A stretch of 64,000 nt of DNA from Candidatus Obscuribacterales bacterium (GTDB lineage Bacteria; Cyanobacteriota; Vampirovibrionia; Obscuribacterales; Obscuribacteraceae): positions 288,001 through 352,000 of the forward strand of contig CBDDIJ010000003.1 of assembly GCA_965228855.1 (NCBI GenBank), read 5' to 3'. Below, piece after piece: positions 58,201 to 64,000 of this stretch. Under the pieces are notes generated by a model that saw only the letters and a program-made list of their open reading frames with translations, searched no databases and had not been told where the DNA came from. The translations under genes were made by a program, and so were the position numbers. Within the stretch, counting starts at the first letter, position 1. Every line of letters starts with the position of its first letter.

Positions 58201-61200
58201 ATTTGGAGCAATCATCAAGACGTCTCCACCGCGAGCGCCGGCGGAAGAGGTATTGATTGCGCCAGTAAGACTAATTGAACCCAGATTTGCCAGAGCGGTC
58301 AGACCTCCGCCCACTCCGTCGGAGCCACCACCTGTGAGAGTGATTGTACCCGTTCCGGTGATATCACCTCCGGTGGCATTCAAGGTAATGTTGTCGAATA
58401 ACCCCTGGCTCTGAATCTGGCCGATTTGAGTGCCCGGCGGTGGATAATCAAAATCCACGCCGGCCAGCATCACGAGGTTGCCGGAGTCTCCGGTCGGATT
58501 CGATAGGTTTATCGTGAACGCTCCCAGATTGATATTTCCAGACGAGAGAATCGCGACGCTTCGACCTACGAACGAGATGTTACTCGACAAGCTGACGTCG
58601 CCCTGGTTGTTAGCAATAGTGTAACCGGTGAAAATAAACTTGTTGCCTATGATATTTCCGTTGGTTTGCTGTACCCATGTGTTGGTTGTGAGCGTGACGT
58701 TGTTCGCTCCGATGAATTGAGAGTTGGTGTGCGAGGTCGTTGTTCCATTCGGGTTGTTTAGCAGGACGTCTCCGTTGAACGCCAGGGTTCCAAACAGATC
58801 CAGGTTCGCACCATCTGCGGTGAGGAACGAAATTGCAGCCGGGTTACTAGGAAATCCAGGAGCGCCAGCCGGCGGCTCCGAGGCCGTGATTGTGCTGCTT
58901 CCTCCATTTACTGTGAGACCGCCGGTAGTGTTTTGAGCTATGAACGTTTGAACGTCCAGGGTGACAGTATTAAAAGTCACGACCGGTGATTCAACGGTTA
59001 CGCTGCCAGTTGAGGTGAAGCTATTCTGGAAGGTGATCGAAACAGGGCTAGATGCCGCGAAGCTGTCGGACTGAATGGTGTCGATATTCAGGGCGATTCC
59101 GTTATCAAAGAACACATCGCCGGCGCCAGTCGTACTGATTGTGTTGACCTGGTTATTTGCAATAAGCGATGCGCTGCCACCTCCAGTAATGTTTACTTGC
59201 AGGTTGGTAGCAGTAATCACGTCGGGGACAGAGATCGCTCCAGCGTTGGTTGTCTGTAAAACTACGGAGCTGGAATTTGAGCCGACCGCAGTCAGAGATG
59301 CGGTTGTGATGTTGCTTCCAGCCGATAAGGTGATGCTACCTGCGGTGCCGGTTCCGTTTCCGCTTGTGTTGACACCACCAGTGGTGATCGAGCCCGATGT
59401 AGAGGTGATTTGAACAGCGCCGCCGTTCTGCCCGCCCGATAGACCGTTAGTATTTACTCCATCAGTCGTGATGTTGCCGACAGCATTGATGGTCGCTGTG
59501 TGCACGGCGGATGCGGCATTTGTTCTGAGAGTACCGTTAGGTGTGTCAATGTCGACTGTGCCTCCACTGTTAATTAGCACTGCTCCATCGACCGCTATAT
59601 TTCCAGTTGTCGTAACGAGAGATACGCCACCACCAGTTCCACCGGTTGTCTGGATTCCAAAATTGCCGGCAATCTGAATGGTACTAGCGGACAAGTTGAC
59701 GGAACCAGCCTGGAAGCCCACTCCTGATTGAACTGTGAGAGTCAGACCTGATGCGCTCGAAATCGCTCCATCGATGGCGCCAGCGGCCGCATCAATGGTG
59801 ATTGTTCCACCGTCTGTTGAGCCATTTGCATTGTACAGACCATTGAGCAAACCTATTCCGCCAGAACCGTAGTTTCGCACAGTGATGGATCCGCCGGAAC
59901 CGCTAGTCGAAGCAGCTGTAATTTGATTGGTGAAGAACTGGCTGTTGCTTACTACCTCTACTGTGACATCGCCACCCTGTCCGGAGGTACCGGAGTCGGC
60001 GAATATATTTCCAACTCCGTAGGAGCCGCCACCCAGGCTAATATGCACATCACCGCCACTGGTGGCACCTGCACCACTGGTCAAGATGTTAAGAGTCGTG
60101 AGGTTGCCGGTTCCTCCGATGACGATTTCCACATCGCCTGCGCTACCAGTGCCGTTCCCAACGCTGTTTCCTGTGGAGATCTGACCGGTGGTGACAGAAC
60201 CATTTTGTGCGTTTATAGATGTTTGCGAATTTGCAAGCATGGTTACGGTGCCAAGCACAATATTGCCGTTTGTCGCCGTCACGGTGCTAAACGGATTATT
60301 CGGAGAAACTGTGTTTGTGCTGATTATTACCGTATTTAAGGGGTTACCTACGGCGACATCCAGTGTGCCTCCGGAGGAAGTTGCGGTACTTGCCATGCTG
60401 ATATTTCCGACATTTATGGCGTTACCTGCATTTGCTCCTCCGACGAGTGTGATACTACCCGGAGTACCATTCGTACCGGACGAACCCGTAGTGAGCGTCA
60501 CTGCCGCCGGCAGCACCACTTGCCCGCCGCCGCTCCCGGCGTAGGCCACAAGTGTGAGGTCACCGCCCATAGAGTTATTCGCTGAAGTCGCTGTCGTTAG
60601 TTGCTGGAGTGTCCCGAGAGAGTTGAGGTCAACGTTACCGCCGGTGAAGGAAGCACCATTGGCCGTGACACTCGTGATGTTGTTTGTGAAGTCCACTCCG
60701 GCAATAAGAGCTATGTTGCCACCATTAGTGGTGCTGCTCGCCGATGTGATGCCGAAGTTGCCGCTCAGGTTGATATTGCCGCTTGCCATCGCGAGCAGAC
60801 CACCAGGCACTGTCATGTTACCTTGAATGGTCAAATTGCCATGTGCTAGCAATGAGGGCGCCGCTGTAGCATTGATGGTGTGTGTCGTGATTCCGTTGCC
60901 TTCAATAACGACTTGACCAGCGCCCGAAGTTAAATCTCCGAGAGCGATGTCTCCGTTCGTTCGAATGGATGCTTGACCGAGTAGTGTTGATATGCCAAGG
61001 GACACAGGGGCAGCCGACAGCGCTCCGGCCACCGGAAATGCTGTCGCATTCGAACCGTCGGCATTGATGACGAACGAGCCCCCAGGAAGCACAGGTGTCG
61101 CGCCTGAGATGTTCACGTTACCGGAGGTCGGCGAAATCCCTCCGGAGAGATCAATACTTGTGGGTGCAATGATGTTAATGTTGCCATTGACACCGGCAGA

Positions 61201-62976
61201 ACCGCTATCAATGCTTGCAAAAGGAACAGTAACCGAACCAGATCCAGCGTTTGCGCCGGCCCAAGCTGAAATGAATATATTTCCGGCGAAATTAAGGCCG
61301 GATGTTGTAATGCCTGAGACGTATGTTAGATTGACCGAGCCACCAGTTGCTGAAGCACCTGTAACGGTGATTGCTCCAGAGATATCAGTCGTAAAACTAG
61401 CTCCGGCAAGAATCGTCAAATTACCACCACCAGTCACGCCGGATGTACTGATGGAAGTCAGCAGGTTCGAGTAGACATCACCACCAGCAACCAGCGCTAG
61501 AGGTGCTCCGTTCGTAGTCAATGATAGTGCCCCGATATTCAGGTCGCCGCTGTTCGAAAATAGCGGATCTCCGGTGAAATTCATGTGACCGAGGCGGAGG
61601 TTGCTAGTGTCTGCATTGAAATGCCCGATACCCCCCGAAATATTGACCAGCCCTGACACTTCTCCCACATTTCCTAGAACGTGACCATCGCTCGAATCGA
61701 TGTTCAGGTTATTGGATTGCCAGTCACCGCCGATTAATGTTGTGTCGAGCTTTTGATTAAGGTTCGAAACCGTTGCAATATTGATATCGCCATTGAGAGC
61801 GTTGATACTACCACCAGTACCATTCAAACTTATGTTCGTGTCTGCCGGCGCACTTATTGAAACGTTCTGATTAATAGACGTGATTGTTCCGGAGTTGGTA
61901 ATGCTAGACGAATTGAGGTTTAGATTTCCGTTAGCTTGAGCCAATCCGGAGTTGTTGAAATTTCTTCCTGCACTGAGTTCGAGGTCTCCGGAACTTGTGA
62001 TTGCGCCGTCGTTGCTGAAATCGCGGTTTGCGTGCAGCGAGAGATTAAGCGTTTCGTTTGTGGTTCCGTACTGCGCGGACACGGAACCGGGAACGTCGGT
62101 GGTAATCAAGCCTGATTGCAGGTTGTTGATATCTCGCGCTCCAATAACTGCGGTGGTTTTGGATGCATCCGATGAGACCGCATATATCGAACCGGCGTTG
62201 TTCAGGTCACCTGTGACACGAACACCGTCAGCGTTTCTCGCAAAATCTCCTGACACCGCTACATTCTCGGGGATTACTAGAGCCGATGCTCTGATTGTTT
62301 TCCCATCATCATTTACCGAGTTTAAGTTCAGCGCACCGCCCGTGGCGGCACCCTTATCGCTGAGAATCAAACCTTGATCGCCTGTCGATAACTTCTGAGT
62401 CAGAGCTGCATACTCAGCTGCTGTGACTTTGTCTCCTGCGGAAATCGTTTTCTGTTCTCCGCCTACAGAAATTGTCACGCTGCCATCAAACAAATTTCTT
62501 CCCACAGTAATCTTTGAAGCCGTCGACGAAAGATCGAGCGAAACTCCTTTCCGAAGAATTTTTTCGTTGCCGGCATCATTAGTATATGTTGAACGTGCGC
62601 CCGGTCTTGTCGTTCGAAACTCGGAAACCTGACCCGGATAAATTATCGCGGTGTTCATCCGTGATTCGCGCCGCTGATTTGAGATGCTGATAGTACCCGC
62701 GGTTGCAAAGCTATTCGCACTATTTTGCAGGCTGTTCACCGCGGCGGCATTGCTCTCCAGGCGGCTTTGAATACGAACGTCCTGCCGCTCGATTCGTTGT
62801 TGATGGCGCTCCGCTCTCACAGTGTTTCGAACATTCGACTCCAGGGTGGGAACGTTCAAATGAGTGACACCATCGTTGGCTTGCGCGGCACCGGCCGTCA
62901 GCGATGCGAGCAGAGTAGCTGAGAGCGATACTCCCAGTCTCGATGACCATTGTGATTGGGAATCTTGCGACTTCAT
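55270..62976 (-). CDS. Giant secreted beta-helical (filamentous-haemagglutinin-like) protein, 2568 aa
   Basis: Signal peptide (AAQA); G/T/S/N-rich GG.I.I repeats; distinct C-terminal beta domain plus helix. Confidence 0.85.
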   Translation of the reverse strand: MKSQDSQSQWSSRLGVSLSATLLASLTAGAAQANDGVTHLNVPTLESNVRNTVRAERHQQRIERQDVRIQSRLESNAAAVNSLQNSANSFATAGTISISNQRRESRMNTAIIYPGQVSEFRTTRPGARSTYTNDAGNEKILRKGVSLDLSSTASKITVGRNLFDGSVTISVGGEQKTISAGDKVTAAEYAALTQKLSTGDQGLILSDKGAATGGALNLNSVNDDGKTIRASALVIPENVAVSGDFARNADGVRVTGDLNNAGSIYAVSSDASKTTAVIGARDINNLQSGLITTDVPGSVSAQYGTTNETLNLSLHANRDFSNDGAITSSGDLELSAGRNFNNSGLAQANGNLNLNSSSITNSGTITSINQNVSISAPADTNISLNGTGGSINALNGDINIATVSNLNQKLDTTLIGGDWQSNNLNIDSSDGHVLGNVGEVSGLVNISGGIGHFNADTSNLRLGHMNFTGDPLFSNSGDLNIGALSLTTNGAPLALVAGGDVYSNLLTSISTSGVTGGGNLTILAGASFTTDISGAITVTGASATGGSVNLTYVSGITTSGLNFAGNIFISAWAGANAGSGSVTVPFASIDSGSAGVNGNINIIAPTSIDLSGGISPTSGNVNISGATPVLPGGSFVINADGSNATAFPVAGALSAAPVSLGISTLLGQASIRTNGDIALGDLTSGAGQVVIEGNGITTHTINATAAPSLLAHGNLTIQGNMTVPGGLLAMASGNINLSGNFGITSASSTTNGGNIALIAGVDFTNNITSVTANGASFTGGNVDLNSLGTLQQLTTATSANNSMGGDLTLVAYAGSGGGQVVLPAAVTLTTGSSGTNGTPGSITLVGGANAGNAINVGNISMASTATSSGGTLDVAVGNPLNTVIISTNTVSPNNPFSTVTATNGNIVLGTVTMLANSQTSINAQNGSVTTGQISTGNSVGNGTGSAGDVEIVIGGTGNLTTLNILTSGAGATSGGDVHISLGGGSYGVGNIFADSGTSGQGGDVTVEVVSNSQFFTNQITAASTSGSGGSITVRNYGSGGIGLLNGLYNANGSTDGGTITIDAAAGAIDGAISSASGLTLTVQSGVGFQAGSVNLSASTIQIAGNFGIQTTGGTGGGVSLVTTTGNIAVDGAVLINSGGTVDIDTPNGTLRTNAASAVHTATINAVGNITTDGVNTNGLSGGQNGGAVQITSTSGSITTGGVNTSGNGTGTAGSITLSAGSNITTASLTAVGSNSSSVVLQTTNAGAISVPDVITATNLQVNITGGGSASLIANNQVNTISTTGAGDVFFDNGIALNIDTIQSDSFAASSPVSITFQNSFTSTGSVTVESPVVTFNTVTLDVQTFIAQNTTGGLTVNGGSSTITASEPPAGAPGFPSNPAAISFLTADGANLDLFGTLAFNGDVLLNNPNGTTTSHTNSQFIGANNVTLTTNTWVQQTNGNIIGNKFIFTGYTIANNQGDVSLSSNISFVGRSVAILSSGNINLGAFTINLSNPTGDSGNLVMLAGVDFDYPPPGTQIGQIQSQGLFDNITLNATGGDITGTGTITLTGGGSDGVGGGLTALANLGSISLTGAINTSSAGARGGDVLMIAPNGISTGNITTTGGLTGGDVNLQVADVQLLETPGPIQVQAGILSGGIAFPGAIPQQNAVNVNGSILTNNGAIAIGTAGGIRIAGNVSAHTIFLNSSTIQAITFDTINNLSTSVDGSGNGGSIEIITADIVNPTGTFTFNVNGTTGDAGSFIYETRSDLTVATGGDITVSATGSGDGALIDIKSTGDLTIGTGGLNIAHTRGDGARLLLTAAADGTGTLTLNDPSFLAEANAKGIPGDNFFGGEIKINTQLIDFTSSPTSPLQLSANGLGLGGGGTVEYVTEDATPTFFGIIKKTPKPPADFLRISATSGILGGDAGSITVRTGGNITVNDTSLIDAHTNSSTLAAGANYTLEAGNLDGKQGYLIIAGSLDASSVGGGIGGTITLISDNKKDFVLNNGKKAPKNGVQGTLSAQGAGGRIAITNLGGGVEVATQQAVDSPALELHANGKGTFKVGKNVVITADSLTLTSESGSIGKKPLNIDTTSLTLNSGSSINLNNINTNLLTIESAVAGGDMSLVTAGSLSVFDTTTNDGDLEFTANGASLTFTGNIHAVNGGIVASNLNVASGEVLITDNTRVETSGKKGDDIIISIGAPPKKGTNPTPPNTAPAGVSVDPDGTRGRAYFGPNNGVVASGPATVEVVNKDVIFNNLSSGMNKIILGTNSVVRADPPTATTSHAPSTMPVVSMLGDVTSAVSQFSAQTDAIAPAQPGVNIPINQDVSLNLAIINNANALTVSSAAQPISLILFGENGTAGAQSGNGMLTGATIGSESLNLVSFEHGTTESDTAPGGSTSDNLIVDAAMHHATDESAHRLDNGKAIFAPKRDMIVETAQGSVKLAAGAVALVAKSNNGLAVYNLHDNHKNSVVININGRAISLPPGRHAHISTQQRGVYADVNPIELIQHRALQQSQMENGLRVYTSEFAIPSACYAVKSLNQLMKSNDAASKRLAKQIMKTSSVIMTLCPDRGDYVQHFNPRVTASR

Positions 62977-63344
62977 GATTTTTCCTCAGGCACTGTAAGC
63001 GGTTGCGCGCGAGGATACCAGATGTGGAGGCACTTCGCATGAGTGGTTTTAACGATCGGCGCACTGAGAGCGGTTTTCGGTCGGTGATGATTTGGTGATG
63101 CTAACATGTCTGTTGTATCTTCTGGCGGAGTGTTTTGTATATAATCGGGCTACACAAACAGCATGAAGTTAGTCGTATGTATGCATGCGCGTTTCTTGAA
63201 GAATTTGAGTGTAAATTTACCTTTTTTATTCTGGGCCGGAAAACTGGTTCCGGTTCTAACGGCAGGTTGTATGCAGGGAAAATCCGGTGTGTTTTCAGCC
63301 TGCAAAGATCTAAGTTGGAATAGTTAGCAACCGGATTTTTTGCT

Positions 63345-64000
63345 GTGAAAAACTCAGAAGAGAACATTCTGGACAACCTGGTAATTGCCGCGCCCTGTTC
63401 GATCCCGTGGGAGGCAATGAGGGGTAATGACCGGCAGCGCGACTGCGCTGGCTGTGCCAAAACCGTTTACAACATTTCGGACATGACGAAGGCAGAGGCT
63501 GAGCGATTTCTAAAAGAAAGCGGTACGTCAGAGTGCATGCGCTTCTACAGAAGGGCTGACGGCACGATTATGACCGACAATTGTCCGCGCGCCCTGCGAA
63601 AAATACGCGAACACTACCGGATAGCAGTGCGAGCGGTCGCGGGGGTTGTGGCACTGATGCTGGCGGTTCCGGCAGCCTTCGCGCAGAATCGTTCTCAGGC
63701 TGTCTTGTTAGGGAAACCTGCTCGGCAAACTCAGCTGACGGAGCAGCAAATTCGACACCTCTCTGCCGCAGGCGGACCGTTCATCATACGTCCGCAGCAG
63801 CCGGGTCCTGTCACACAGGCGCCTTCAACTACTCTGCCTGTGACATCAGACATTCAAGCGACGCTAATCACTCGTGTTGTGACGTTACCCGATGGTCGCC
63901 GTGTAACAGTCGTCGTGCCGTCACGCGGAGGAAATGTAATCTGGATTCGAAATTCCGACGGGCGTCCGCTTGCAAATTCTGAACGCGTTCCGACGACTCA
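63345..64000 (+). CDS. Hypothetical protein with N-terminal Cys-rich domain and signal/TM segment (3'-truncated, absent from ORF track)
   Basis: GTG 63345, frame open to window end: ...IAAPCSIPWEAMRGNDRQRDCAGCAKTVYNISDMT...CMRFYRRADGTIMTDNCP...VALMLAVPAAFAQ. Confidence 0.85.
   Translation, partial: MKNSEENILDNLVIAAPCSIPWEAMRGNDRQRDCAGCAKTVYNISDMTKAEAERFLKESGTSECMRFYRRADGTIMTDNCPRALRKIREHYRIAVRAVAGVVALMLAVPAAFAQNRSQAVLLGKPARQTQLTEQQIRHLSAAGGPFIIRPQQPGPVTQAPSTTLPVTSDIQATLITRVVTLPDGRRVTVVVPSRGGNVIWIRNSDGRPLANSERVPTT

Noticed and set aside
63581..63982. 133-aa ORF in the track
   Set aside because: Out-of-frame shadow of the real ORF starting at 63345

Overview
Bacterial chromosomal window with no rRNA, tRNA, CRISPR array, transposase or phage module recognised. 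The split atp operon (a-c-b'-b-delta-alpha-gamma, no beta/epsilon), the absence of photosynthesis genes and the style of the large hypothetical proteins suggest a non-photosynthetic relative of cyanobacteria (Vampirovibrionia/Melainabacteria-like); this is inference only. Housekeeping genes: atp, rseP, panB, fabG-acpP-fabF-gatA, cysK, mpg and a deoxyhypusine-synthase-like gene. Accessory content: a Fur-boxed TonB plus TonB-dependent receptor pair, c-di-GMP proteins, a three-gene minor-pilin cluster, two large signal-less effector-like proteins (a gluzincin and a YD-like/papain-fold protein) and a 2568-aa beta-helical exoprotein. The strongest candidate for an undescribed system is at 14807-15790. 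A secreted Cys/Met-rich leader ORF ends in a RAPP(P) ribosome-arrest motif, and its last codons can base-pair with the Shine-Dalgarno of a downstream exported four-helix copper-storage protein, which suggests a copper-sensing nascent-peptide translational switch. Also notable: a divergent ATP synthase (subunit a lacks the conserved GN after the essential Arg, gamma carries an extra loop), a degenerate ADP-ribosylglycohydrolase, a 36-bp hairpin tandem array next to a rod-shaped ncRNA candidate, and an unlisted Cys-rich ORF at the right edge. All calls come from reading motifs by eye; no searches were run.
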